Positions 34,592 through 46,813 of a stretch of 64,000 nt of DNA are shown here, piece by piece. The notes under the pieces are model-generated. The model was given only the letters and a program-made list of their open reading frames with translations, was not told the origin of the DNA and ran no database searches. This stretch comes from Curvularia clavata (Eukaryota): contig CP089280.1 of NCBI GenBank assembly GCA_023920165.1, forward strand, positions 1,426,001 to 1,490,000. The letters are read 5' to 3'. The translations under genes and the position numbers were made by a program. How positions within the stretch are numbered: the first letter of the stretch is position 1; every line of letters starts with the position of its first letter.

Positions 34592-37159
34592 ATGGCCATC
34601 TCACTGCGGGACCGACAGATAGGCACGTCTTGCTTTCCTGCTCTCACCACCGCCCACTGACAGGAAGCACACAGCATCAATTAAACGCCTACTCAACCTA
34701 AATCCTCCCACCGACGGCGATGCTGCCCAAGACGAGTCCAACGAGCCCGCCAATCCAGACATAGCATGGCGTAAGTCGCAACGTCATAGTATGGTGTATA
34801 CACCGCAAGAGAAGAATGCTTAGATTGCCCTGGGAATAGGTGTTCTGGTCTACGATGATGCGGCCAAGGCTGTCGTCAGTTCGGTGCTGCGCGTCAACGA
34901 CTTGAGGGCCGCTGGGGTATGAACCGGCTCTCTGCGAGGTCACAATGGCATACTGAAGATGGTGCAGGTCACTGTGCACTTGAATCTCAAGTCGCGGCGC
35001 AGTCCTATCCCCGCACCTGGAATTGTAAGCATATTGTTCTGCACAAATTTCCCCAAGAATCCCCCTCCCATAACTGCCTGGAATGGACAGTCACCGTCAT
35101 CTGGCAACATAGTGGCTCCATCAGCATGTGCTGACCACCGTCGCCAGTATCTTATGGCTCCCACAGCGGAAAACCTATCCATGGTTACTAAAGACCTGAA
35201 CGAGGGCTTGTACACCCCAGCATACATCAACTTCCTCTCTAGCGTTCCTCGTGCCCTGTTAGAATCATGGGGCGCCGAACTAGCTACCATGCCAGAAGCT
35301 GCGAGCAACCTGGCGCAGATTTACGATCAGTATGAGATACGGAATGAATCCACTGCACGAGTACTGACTTGGGCAAAGATACTTAAACTTTGTGACATTA
35401 GGACATGATCAGTTCAGGTATGCCCCTGGTTCTTGCAAGGTCTTCGCTACTCGTGCTCACTCATTTCAGTCTCAACATTGACAACTCATATTACCGTCTC
35501 AACTCGTCTCGCACATCAGATGCAGAGCTTGACGAGCACATGGATCGCATCGTTTCAGGCCTATTCTCCGTCGTGGCTACTATGGCTGTCGTCCCCATCA
35601 TAAGAGCTCCTAAAGGCGGTGCTGCCGAGTTCATAGCCGCAAAGCTTGACCGAAAGTTGCGAGATCATGTACTCAACAACAAGGAGAACCTATTTGCATC
35701 ATCAACAGCTTCCCGTCCGTTGCTCATCATCGTAGACCGAAATGCCGATCTCAACCCAATGTTCAGTCACAGTTGGATATACCGTACGCTATGTCTTTCT
35801 CATGCAAATTCCAGAGCTGACAACGTGCAGAAAGTCTTGTGTACGATGTTTGCAACTTCCATCTAAACAAGATTGAAGTGACTGTTCCAAAAGACAAGAA
35901 CAACCCAGAGAGCGGTACCAAAAAGCAGAGCTACGATCTAGCAGCGACAGACTACGTAGGTTTCTCACCATGTTTTATATGCTGAGAAAAAAACTAACTA
36001 TATCCTGATGCAGTTCTGGAATCGCAATGCGTCACAGCCATTTCCAAATGTCGCTGAAGAAGTGACAAACGAGTGGACAAAATACTCGGAAGATGCGGAT
36101 GCTTTGACCAAGAAGACAGGTTCATCGTCTTTGGACGACCTCTCGGGAGAAAGCAATCAATTTGCAGCACATCTCAAGGGCGCGATTTCCCTGCTACCAG
36201 AGCTTCGAGAAAGGAAGACCACCATTGAGGCACACATGTCAATTCTCGAGGCTGTCATGGAAGGTATCAAGGACCGCAAACTTGATGAGTTCTTCCAATT
36301 AGAAGAGGAGATTGACAAGCAGACCAAAACTTCAATAATGGAGGTTATCAAAGACCCAGCCAAGGGCAAGGATCCCATGGACAAGTTCAGGTTCTTCTTG
36401 CAGGTATGATATGCACGCATGAAGTCATGAGAAAATTAACTAACACGTATTCAACTTTAGTGGTACTTGACCACTGAACAAGAGATATCACGCGCTGAGT
36501 TGGAGGGATTTGAGAATGCTCTTAAGGCTGCCGGCGTCGACACGGTAGCTCTGGCATACATCAAGACAGTGCGCCAAATCACCCAGATGAGCATGCTTTC
36601 ATCTACAGCTCCTTCGCAACCCTCCCAGTCATCCTCACAACTATTCGGCGGATTCACAAGTCTTTCGTCAAGGGTAACAGACCGGTTCAAAGAAGCTGGT
36701 CTGGGCGCCAACTTTGAAGGCGTACTTTCGGGTATCAAATCATATCTGCCCGCTAACCAAGACCTCACAATCACCAAGATCACTGAATCTCTGATGGATC
36801 CTCAGAACGCCACCACCAGCGCGCTCAACAAGACCGAGAACTACCTGTACTTTGATCCTCGGTCAGCCAACGCCCGAGGCACCATACCTCCAGCATCGCG
36901 AAACCAGCAAAGCGGCGTCGGACGCGGCATTGATGCGACATTCGGACAGAGACGACAGGGCTTTTCCGAAGCCATTGTCTTTCCTGTTGGTGGCGGCAGC
37001 ATGGACGAGGAGACCAACATCCAAGCATGGGCGAAGCGGACGAGCGCCGCAGCCGGTACTGGCCCCAAGCGAAGAATCGTATACGGCAGTACGAAGCTGT
37101 ATTCGCCCCGGGAGTTTATCGAACAAGAGTTAGTTCCTCTCGGAAAAGAGAGCACGTAG
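34592..37159 (+). CDS. SLY1: Sec1/Munc18-family ER-Golgi trafficking protein Sly1; 10 exons, first intron GC-AG
   Basis: Spliced product MAISLRDRQI-ASIKRLLNLN...W-RVLVYDD...SSVLRVNDLR, LYTPAYINFLSS, RPLLIIVDRNADL..MFSHSWIYQSL, and VGGGS...IVYGST. Confidence 0.93.
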
Positions 37160-37630
37160 TAAAAACCCACCCATGACTTGAGAGCAGGCATAGAAAATAC
37201 ATGACAAGCATCTTTGACATGGCATAATCTGCAAAGCATTGGCAGTTACGTATATTGCAAATACTCTGAATCGTTCCCGCATGACGTGATCGTATTGTGG
37301 TTGCTTTTTCCTTTTCTGACCCTTCTTTTTCTTCTTCTATCGTGCATGGCTTATGACATGGCTGGGTATATGACCAAACTTGAATCGAGCCAGGAAGACA
37401 GACCCCAGTCGCTTCTGTACATACCGCAGCCACGTGCTGCAGAAGCCGAAAGCGAGTATATGCATGCATTCCTTGACCTCGCCGAATAACAGAAAAAAAA
37501 CAAAAAACGCAAACGATTCATTGTCTCGTCTCGCGTCATCAATCGCGATCGTGGACGTGTCTCAGCCCTACCGTGTTCATACTTGCTTTTTTCTCTCTTC
37601 CTTCCACCCTGCTCCCATAAAAGTTAGGTG

Positions 37631-37849
37631 TGCGTGTCCGCCCCACTTGTCACTCAGAATCGGGTTTGTAAACTCAAGACTGAGGCTGCAAGCCTTGAAG
37701 CACGCATTCGGAACGGGAAAGACGGACAGTCGTAAAGAGAAGCAGGATGGATAATGACGGCGGCGATCAAACAAACCCCCGCTGCAGGGACGTGATCAAA
37801 TCGAGCGAGGTGCATGTGGCTAGCTTAGCCCCTCCATCCGCATACATAC
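37631..37849 (+). ncRNA. Candidate box H/ACA snoRNA
   Basis: Hairpin 1 closed by TGCG-TGTCCG (37631-37640)/CGGACA-GT-CGTA (37723-37734). H box AGAGAA at 37736-37741. Hairpin 2 closed by GC(A)GGATGGA (37742-37751)/TCCATCCGC (37833-37841). ACA box at 37844-37846. No rRNA target identified. Confidence 0.5.
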
Positions 37850-39354
37850 AGATCTATGTGTCTTTTCTTTTGATGTGGTTAGTGTGCTGAGACGTGTATC
37901 TGATAGATTAAACTGACTGTTGGTGGTGGTTAGCAGGTGAGGGCAGGCAGGGCGTGTTTCAGATGCTTCTGTGGAATATCGTGTTTGCTTTTTTGGATGA
38001 TTCGATCGAGTGCGAAGGATTGAGATCCTGGGTCTAAGGCTTGCGTTACGTTGCGTTGCGTTATGGATAGGGATATGGTGGAAGCATGTGGAGTTGTCGT
38101 GCATAGTTGGCGTATAGGTGATTGACTCAAGAGTGTGAGCAATGATGAGCTTTTGAAAAAAAAAAAAAGAGATAGAGACAGATAAAAGATCTAGGATGTT
38201 GGGTACGGGAATGAGAATGAGAGGACGGGAATAAGCGCAACCTAACTGCGTATCTGTGTGTATTAGCTACAATAATCTGAAATCACAAAACGGAAACGGA
38301 GATAGGGACGTGGGTAGCTAAGGCCCGCCCCGATACGAGCCATACGCTCCTTCGATGCCACCATCCCCACAACCCCTCCCCAAGACTTTCACATGGGAGA
38401 ATATGAAACAAAGTGGGCACATGCCCCATTCTATGCCCACGTTCAGACATGCATTCCTCAGAGTCAAGATCTCGCACAGCAACCCAGTCCACCAAAAGCA
38501 ATTCCCTCTGCAGGGAATGGAACAACCCGAAGAAGCAAACGATTATTTGAGGCTCAAAACCAAGAAGAAAAAAAAGGGTCCAAGCTACCTTGCTTACCAT
38601 ACCTATGTTTCAGGCTCGCTATGACCTACTACCCAATTTTCCTTGTCATCTCTTTACTTTTTTCGCGATGCTTGGTCTGTGAGTAAGTAAGCACGAGGCA
38701 GTTGAGACGTTAGGTAAACGTGCGAAAAGCACGTCCCGTGCCTAGCGTGTGGAGTAAAGTAAACCCAAAAAACGGGCACGTATGGACAGTGTGTGCCGAG
38801 GCAGGCGGATTCAAAGTCACAACGTCAATGGTGTGTTTGTTGGACGTGGCTGGCTGGACCTCGGCAGCTAAGCGGTTGCGTCAGTGGGAGGGGAGGACAA
38901 TCAATACACTTTATTCTAAGCTAACCTGGTGGTGTACGCAACTGAACAGATGGTGTTGCAAGTTGGTTGGGGTGATGCTTGTTTTGGAGGCAGGCAGTGA
39001 GGGTGCCGAGGTAAGATGGAGGGAAATACCAAGCCAGATAGTGAAGGAGAATGGACTGTGTAGTTTGCGAGTTAGCGAGAAAGGGACTAGAGTCCTGAGT
39101 GATGTGACAGCCACTTTGCAAAGCACGAGTGAAGTGTAACCGAAAATAATAATATACAAAATATCTCTATCAAGTCTATACCTCTACATCTAGGAAATGA
39201 GAAAGAAAGAAAAAACTCCCCATCATCAATCTATAACTATCATTACTCTTATCCCATGCCGAGTGAGTATCATTAAAAATTCATGCCAGCCAAACACCAC
39301 ACCAAAGTAAATACCGAGAAAAAAAAGGTGAAGAAAACGAAGAAGAGGTTCACC

Positions 39355-41610
39355 TCACCGGCGCGAAGGCCCATACACCCTATGATTTCTCACCTCCGCC
39401 TCCCCACTCCCCTGCACCCTCTCATTAAACTCTTTATCCCCAAACACCACCCCTTTCGACTGCAGTGTCCAGCTCACCGTCGGTTTCAAACCTCCGGTGT
39501 ACGGATTCATACTTGTCAGGATCCATCCTCGTGCCAGGCCCCTATACTCAGTGTTCTGCACCGCTTTCGGCACCGCAATAAGCAGCGTCTTGGAGTGCTC
39601 AAACGGCGCAAAGATGATAGCTTTGCTGACCCCTTGGCTCGGGGGCCCAGCGTAGCCGTAGGCAGGCGAGGAAGAAGTGGGTGCCGAGATAATGAGGGGC
39701 CCGTGAGTGCGTTCTGAAGCGCCGGATGGCCATGGGATGCCGGATGTGATGAGCATGGAGAGGAAATGGACGAGCGAGGCTAGGGAGGCTTGGCCCTCGG
39801 CAAGTAGAATGTAATTTTGCAGGATGAGTTGAGGGTTTAGCAGCATTTCGATGACGTAGGGTTCCATGCGGGGCGCGTTGGCGTCTTGCATACTGGAGAG
39901 CACGTCGAGGACGAAGCGTGGGCCGCACTGGAATACGCATGCGAGTGTTTGGATGAAAATGTTTCGTAAAGCGGGAGTGCGTGGATGATGAGGCGCTTGG
40001 GAGAAGCCCCAGAGACCTGAGCCAGGGATCTGGTACTGCACGCAGAGATCGATGAGCATGCGGGCTCGGGAGACATGGGCGGGGAAAGAGGGACTGGGTG
40101 CGGTGCGGTGTGGCAGGTCTAGGAAGATGAGATCGAGCTGGGCGTATTCGGCTCGGCCGTCAGTGGCTTGGACGATTTGCGTCGTCTGCCGAGGAAAGTG
40201 AGGGGGGGTCTGAGAGGAATTGAGATCCAAGGATGTTGGCCGACACAGCCAAGAGGTCGATCCGTCGTGAAGCTGTAAAGGTGTGCCTACAGTGCAAAGG
40301 GTAACAGGATCTCGTGCCGCAATGCCAACCAAAAGCAAGGAGCGAAGACATTCATCTTCAAGGTTAGGTCTTGAAAACGGATTTGGAGGAGCCAGGGCTA
40401 GAGGCAAACCCGAAGCATTCAGCGCAATGCCAGTCTTATCCCGGTTGGCATCCAGTCTCCGTAGGTACTCTGGCAAGCGTGGGTTTCCTCCAGCTCTCAT
40501 ACGAAAAGTGTCTGCAACCGTTGAAATGGAACATGTTTTCGTTGGAGTAGGATAGTGCTGGCTGTCCGGTGTGCGAAGGTCATACATGTTGCTCTTGGAA
40601 AATGTGTCTTGCTGCTGGAAAAACTGCAACAACGAATGGAGTTTTGCCGAAAGGGCTGGTGGAAAGTTGCTGACTTCGCTTGCAAGGCTTAGAAGATGAG
40701 TGAAGAAGGCCCCAGTAAATCGCAACACTGTTTGAATGTCGTCTTCGTAATGCCGTAGGCAAGGAACAAGAAAGACATGGCTCCGGCCCATCCGCATTTC
40801 ATGGGCGCACCATGCGCGGTCAAACCATTCGGAAGAGAGAATGCGTTGAACTAGAATGTTCAGCACCTCATACTGCTGCATGAAAGGGGGTTGCAGTCCC
40901 ATGTTCGGTTGCTGATCCAGAGGTACTTGGGAGTAGTTGTATTGCTCCACATAGCAACGCAGAAACTGTTCCTCGTCCGGCGAAACAACAATGTCATCCA
41001 GTACTACCACCACTGCTCTTGCATTCTTGTAAACATTATCAATAATGCCGAGAGCTGCATTCCTCTCGGCCTCGTCCTCTTGTTCAACGCACACTTGGTC
41101 AAACCATAACCCTTCACCCATATCCCTTTCTCTTACAACAGCCTGGAAAAGAGCAGAAGTGGTCGGAAGTGGGAAATGCTCAACCTCCTTCAGCCATCCA
41201 AACGGAAGGTCGCCGATTGGTGTCAAAACTCTTCGTGGCGTAGTGACTGCAGCTTGCTTCCTGCAATAGCTCAAGGCAATGTACCCCTCTTCCTCGCCAT
41301 GGAAGTTGACATCGTTTATTAGCCGGAAACGAAAGGCACTCTCGGCATGCTCCTTTGGGATAAACTCCTTGACTACCGAAGGAGCCAGTTGACCGAGGTC
41401 CGATAAGAGGGTTGTTGCATCAATGTCGTCCTCGGATGGTATCGCTGTCCATCTGTGTTGGTTGAGAAGGACATCTCGTGTAGAAGGCTTGAGGAGTCTG
41501 GCTTGGAGACTTGATGTGTCCAGCTCAGCCTCATCAACGTCGATGAATTCGCACTGTCCAAAGCGGGCGAACCACTGAGGGGATGTGGGTAAAGCCATAT
41601 GAATATACAT
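39355..41610 (-). CDS. HET-domain (heterokaryon incompatibility, PF06985-type) protein; start codon uncertain
   Basis: YIALSYC, LWFDQVCVEQED..ER, VYKNARAVVVVL and WFDRAWCAHE motifs in a long intronless ORF. Confidence 0.85.
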   Translation of the reverse strand: MYIHMALPTSPQWFARFGQCEFIDVDEAELDTSSLQARLLKPSTRDVLLNQHRWTAIPSEDDIDATTLLSDLGQLAPSVVKEFIPKEHAESAFRFRLINDVNFHGEEEGYIALSYCRKQAAVTTPRRVLTPIGDLPFGWLKEVEHFPLPTTSALFQAVVRERDMGEGLWFDQVCVEQEDEAERNAALGIIDNVYKNARAVVVVLDDIVVSPDEEQFLRCYVEQYNYSQVPLDQQPNMGLQPPFMQQYEVLNILVQRILSSEWFDRAWCAHEMRMGRSHVFLVPCLRHYEDDIQTVLRFTGAFFTHLLSLASEVSNFPPALSAKLHSLLQFFQQQDTFSKSNMYDLRTPDSQHYPTPTKTCSISTVADTFRMRAGGNPRLPEYLRRLDANRDKTGIALNASGLPLALAPPNPFSRPNLEDECLRSLLLVGIAARDPVTLCTVGTPLQLHDGSTSWLCRPTSLDLNSSQTPPHFPRQTTQIVQATDGRAEYAQLDLIFLDLPHRTAPSPSFPAHVSRARMLIDLCVQYQIPGSGLWGFSQAPHHPRTPALRNIFIQTLACVFQCGPRFVLDVLSSMQDANAPRMEPYVIEMLLNPQLILQNYILLAEGQASLASLVHFLSMLITSGIPWPSGASERTHGPLIISAPTSSSPAYGYAGPPSQGVSKAIIFAPFEHSKTLLIAVPKAVQNTEYRGLARGWILTSMNPYTGGLKPTVSWTLQSKGVVFGDKEFNERVQGSGEAEVRNHRVYGPSRR

Positions 41611-42658
41611 TTCCCTGTGGAAGTGTCGTTTTGTCAAAGGCAGTAATGTTCGAATGCACAAAATAATGCTTCGTGGCAAGGCAAGACAACCTTTTTGACA
41701 TTGGACTACTGGTCTGCATCGGGACGACCCTAGATCCTTCCACTGGTACCAAGTCGTCCCGGACGCACAGTCATGTCCTCACCCTTGGGTCCATCTGGGA
41801 GCACGCGACAGGTGGACGCCGTGCATAATCGGTTTCTGTCAGCCCACTGGCGCCACAGGCGCATCGACTACCGCATTGTGCATTTGCGGGGGAACACGAG
41901 GGCTTGGCCAGCTTATGACAAGAAGTTAGTATGTATGAGGCGTAGTGCAGCGTAGTCAAAGGTTAGTGGAGTTTGAACGATCCAGATAGTCGGGCTATCC
42001 CGTCAAGTGGCACGGGCCTAGGACTCAACGACAACGGGAGGGCATGACGTCTGCAACGCATCGGAAGGAGCAGCCGCCATTGAAAAAAAAAAGAAATACG
42101 TTATATGAAACATGCAACTCCATGGGCCTGTCTCGTCTAACGGCGTCTTGCAGCTTGGATGTCTGGCACTAGAAATTCTAGAAGGAAAAAAGCAAAATCA
42201 AAGAGCTGCGAAGTACTGCAATTTCACGCGGGATTGGTAATTTCCGAATCTGTTGAGCTGCGTGCAGAGTTATCGTGACAAAAAATATTGTTGTTCTTGG
42301 ACGATGGAGCAATCAAGCCAGGAATAGATGGTGTTTTGCCGTTAGTCGTCCCGGACTCCGGCTATAGCAATCAAGCTTTAAAGCACTCCATGCGCGATCA
42401 GAGGCCGTATACCGTACCTCGTATTGCCGATCGATTGGTGGACGAGACGCTTAACTCAAATAGTGCAGAGAAGCCGGTAATAGTAGAATTGACATTTCCT
42501 GACTTGAGCGATTACCAACCATGGCTGTTAATGGTCCTTATAGCCAAACAGCTCGCGTTTCGCAAACACCAAAACTCAAATCCTCAGGCTCACAAGCTCA
42601 ATGAGCCGCCCACAAACACCGACTAAAACGCATGAATGACAAATCTTTAGACAAACGG

Positions 42659-44726
42659 CTAATCAATCTTCGCATTCGCCAGTCGATCATTGGAGCCTTG
42701 GATGACATTGGACATCCGAACGTTTTGCCGCTTGTACTTGCTGTGCTTCCGGAGTCGTTTCCGCGCTACCATGACAGGGACGGATGATTTGGTGACCAGA
42801 TAATTACTAAAAGACCCGAGCAAAACACTGGTACGATTAGCATTCATGAATCCAGATCGGGATTCTACCGCTTACCCTTTGAGAGCATTCCGCCCTCGAG
42901 AGCCGAGGATGACAAGGGTCGGCTCCAAAAAGTCAATCTATCAATCACCTGTTAGTGGGATGCAGCGCTTGGGAAATCTAGGGTCACTCACGACTTCAGT
43001 GATCATGTGCTTAGGGCTTTTGCAGTGAAACACTTCAACCACAGCGCGTACTTGAAGACGAGTCTTCCGAAGGAGTTTGACACATCGGTCAGACACCTCA
43101 ACACAAGCCTGATATCTGTCTTTTTCAGCTTTACTCATGGCCCCCACGTTCGCTTCAGTAGCCATTATGGAATTGGACAGGGCCGAGAATCCTGGTCTTG
43201 TTGCTGGCAGACCGTCGTGGTTGGATAGTGTCCTCTTGAGATGGTCTGATTCCTGCCGTCCAGTAGTACCTTGACTAATAGGTGCACCGGAAGCATCGGT
43301 CGTTGCGACACCAGTCTCTTCGTCCACAGCATAGACAGCAAGAAGGGTGTCACCGTCTCGTAAGACGGTACCAATTGTCCACTCCAAAGCATACGCTGCC
43401 TCGTCGCTAAGATCTGTCGAGACTAGGTATACGCGCTGCCTCCGCAGTCCTTTGGTAGCGTCCTCCGCAAACTGAACGTAGTTTCCCCTAATAATCTGTC
43501 GAACGCAGCGGTGGGCTTCTGGGCTTGACTGAATCGGCGATATATTCAAGGAAAGTTGCTGAGCCGATTTGATTTCCGCGAGCTCATCCTCATGATCGGA
43601 GTGAACCGGAGTAGAGAACCCAGAACCTCCTTGGTCGAAACTTGTATGGGGGTGGACGACACCGGATGAGTTTCTCCTTGACATCCTTTCGCCATTTGGG
43701 CCGGTTACATTGATCGAGGGTTCAAGTAGAGATCGTACTTTGTACGAAACAGCAACATCTCGTCCTATGGGGTGGGGGGTTAGTGTTGGAAACGCAATAG
43801 TATCGCTGCATGTGCTACTCACGCTCTTGCTCTGCCGCAGCCAAAAGGCTCTTGGCCGTGATGATCTCTCGGCCCATGCTGTCAGTGCCTCCAGAGGATT
43901 TTCTGGACCGCTGTCGGCCACGTTCTCGTTTGGTTGCACCGCCCCATCCATCTTCCCAGTCAGAGCTATCGGAACCATTCTCACTGCTCTCTACAGCAGC
44001 ACTATCTTCGCCATCGTCATCTGTGGCCAGGCGAACGCCTCCGCCGGGAGCAGTTGATGTGCCTTTGATCGGATCTGAGCCTTTGCGGTTGGGAAGTGAG
44101 GCAAGACCGCCCTCGGAACGCGCCAAAGCAGAATCGGAGAGTTTGCGGTAGGCAGTATCCGGGTCAATGAGCTTGCCCGAGTCTGTCACAAGGCTGTTGC
44201 TCGAAGCTGACATGGGCGGAGGTGGGCTCAGCATGCGCGTTGCGGGAGAGGCAGATCTGCGAGGGCCTGGGGAACCAGACTTTGATCGGCCCAGAGGGCC
44301 ATTTAGAGATTGGTGTTTGTCTCTTGAGCTCGAGGAGCCCAGAAAGCCAGCAGAGCTGCCATAGACAGTCGACATGGCGCGAGGCTTTGGAGCAGCATCG
44401 AGCTTTCCGCCCTGCGATACTCTCTTTGGCATGGCATGTGCATCGATTGAGGGCAACATTTCAAATTTGTACGCCGATTCAGGGTTTACACGGCGAGGCG
44501 ACGAGGGCATGGCGAAGGGAATACCAGTACTTCCACGGCTCGAGCTCCTGCGCTGTGCAGGAGCATCGACATCTAGCATGCTTCGAACCGGCGAAGCGAC
44601 TGGGTTGGGGCTTTGGGCGCGCGAGGCTGGGCTCTCTGCGCGCCGTCCGCCGGGCCTCTGGTTGCCCTCGAGGAGCTTCACCACCTCTCTCATCTCCTCG
44701 TCGATGGCAGCTTCGAGCGACGCCAT
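42659..44726 (-). CDS. Universal stress protein (USP)-domain protein; 4 exons (44726-43823, 43764-42992, 42937-42876, 42827-42659)
   Basis: YLVSTDLSDEAAYALEWTIGTVLRDGD, VILGSRGRNALKG-VLLGSFSNYLVTKSSVPVMVAR, preceded by a long disordered N-terminus. Confidence 0.9.
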
Positions 44727-45669
44727 GGCAGCGGTAGTTGCGGGGGCGGGTAGGCGTAAGGGGGGGCGGTAGTCGGCACAGGTCGCGTGCCGGGATTGGA
44801 GCAATGGGTGGCAATATTCGCAGAAGGATGGCAGCAGAGTCGCGGTCGTGTTGGCGGGGTATTGAGGTGATTGGAGGCGTCAATTGGGAGTTTGTACTAT
44901 GGCATCATAGGCGTAGCTAGCTGCCTTGTGATGTCCAGGCTACAGATGGCAGCGACCCAGTACCAGAGGCTGGGTGTGGGGTGAGCGCGTGATGGTACTA
45001 AAGGCAGCGGTGGGGTAGTAATTCCAAAGATTGTAACTGAAAGCGATGGCGGGCCGATCCGTCGTACAGTGCTGTATCTAACCGCTGTCGGAGAACAAGT
45101 TGTTCCCAAGCAGATTGATGGATGCCGACGACATGTGGAACGGGGACAGCGGGCTGAAGGCAGTAAGGTTTCTGGGGCGGCAACAGTCAGCGCGCGAGTC
45201 GACGGTTGCGGGTGCTCGTGGTCTAGGCGGTGGGAAGTGGGCATCGGACCATCAGTCCCCCTCAGCATCTGGCGGTTTGACAAGGCTTGGCACGCGAAGA
45301 TCTCCTCCCAAGACCGCGCCGCACCCCAGGCGCAGGCGACTGCAATACGCCGTGCTATCCACCGGCACATAGCAGCTCACCACGTGGCTATCAAGCTACT
45401 TTGTCCGTCGTCACGCCGTTCTCTCTCCAGTCGCAGCGACATTAGGAACTATGTCCCGTAGTGTGCATGTGAAAGACGCCGTGGCAGAAGACGGGGCCGC
45501 CTGAAGCGACGGGTGCATGGTGCATGTGGCTGTGCTGACCCATTTTTTGCCCCATGCGGAGCTATCTACTATTATGTACTCACCCTGTCTTGTCCAACCG
45601 GTGCATTCGTCAAAATAATGTACATTGATGCGTTACTACAGTGTGTGTATGTGTGTGTCTGCTGTTTCT

Positions 45670-46813
45670 CTACCTCTTCTTGGGCAGCACAATATTGGCT
45701 CGTGCCGCAACACCCAGCTTGTGGATGGCGTTGCGCCTGTCCCAGATGCCGCTGGTGCCTTGGACTACCGCAATCAGCTCCTGAGCAATGCGCTGGGCAA
45801 AGCTGTTCTTTCCACTGCCCATGTTCCTCCTCTTGGATGCCGCCGCCATGATCCACTGAATAGCAGCGCGTCGCCGTTGCCTCTGGCCCAGTGGCACGGG
45901 AATCTGAAGAGCAACACCTCCTCCAGCCGCGCCTCTCTGGCTTCGAATGCGCATGAGGGGCGCGACAGAATCAATCGCCAGTGTGAGGTACAGTACAGGG
46001 TTGAGAGGGAGGTGTGATGGTGGGGGCGCACCGGGAAGCAGCGGTCTGGACGGATTGATGGTAGGGATGGGCGACGTGCGAAGGTGTTGCAAGATCAATG
46101 CCATGTTCTGTCTTTTGTCAGCTGCATGCACCCTGCCTTCACATGGAAAGCTAGCTTACCCGCTCCGCAACGCTCTTCTTGCCATGTCGCATGAGCAGAT
46201 TGGTAACCTGCTCGACCACGGGATCGTGGCGATGCTTGACGTGGCCGTCTTTTGGCAGTGGGAGAGAAGGCATCTCAAACTTCAGGCCGGGTGTTGCGGG
46301 TACATTAGAAGTGTTCTGGGCATTGACTAAACCCATATCCAGTCCGTTGCTACCATTCGTCTGAGTTGTCATGGTCGAATATGATCGCGAGCCTTTTGGC
46401 GCTCCGTTCGGTGTCGTCTTGGGCTTCTGGGAGTTGAGCTTATCTTGCATCACCTTTGGCAGGTTCTCTTGCGCGGCCTTGTCACCTTTGACAACCTAAT
46501 CGACTGTCAGCGTACATGCTTTCATGTGTAGTGCACTGAACCCCACATCTTCAATTGGGGTACCCTGGCTGAGATCCGGTCCCTCTTCGCCCCTGGTTTT
46601 CGCCATAGCGGCCGCCTCTTCAGACACATGTTCAATGGGCTTTGCGTCTTCTCGCTTGGAGCGGTCGGCGGCCGGCGGTTTGGCGGAATCGGAGTACAGG
46701 CGGCATTGCGAAGGTGCCAATCGAAGTGATGAGCGGGCAGGCCACTGCACCTGGGGCCTGGGTCTGAAGGCAATTGGTCGCGCAAAGGCGGTAATATTTA
46801 ATCTTGGTGGCAT
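45670..46813 (-). CDS. RSM7: Mitochondrial ribosomal protein uS7m; 3 exons (46813-46547, 46495-46160, 46107-45670)
   Basis: TNLLMRHGKKSVAE, AIDSVAPL, PVPLGQRQRRRAAIQWI and IHKLGVAARAN S7 motifs, plus an Arg-rich presequence. Confidence 0.92.

Noticed and set aside
33754..34604. Several 100-150 aa ORFs in the divergent PNUTS-like/SLY1 gap
   Set aside because: GC-rich promoter/5'-UTR sequence with no motifs or consistent splice structure.
38300..38314. AGATAGGGAC-GTGGG is nearly complementary to 25S rRNA CCCACUGUCCCUAUCU (snR64-like guide)
   Set aside because: No box C upstream and no D/D' box at the required position, so probably coincidental.
42059..42078. TCGGAAGGAGCAGCC resembles the SRP RNA helix-8 motif
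   Set aside because: The required upstream CAGG half of the internal loop and the long flanking helix are absent.
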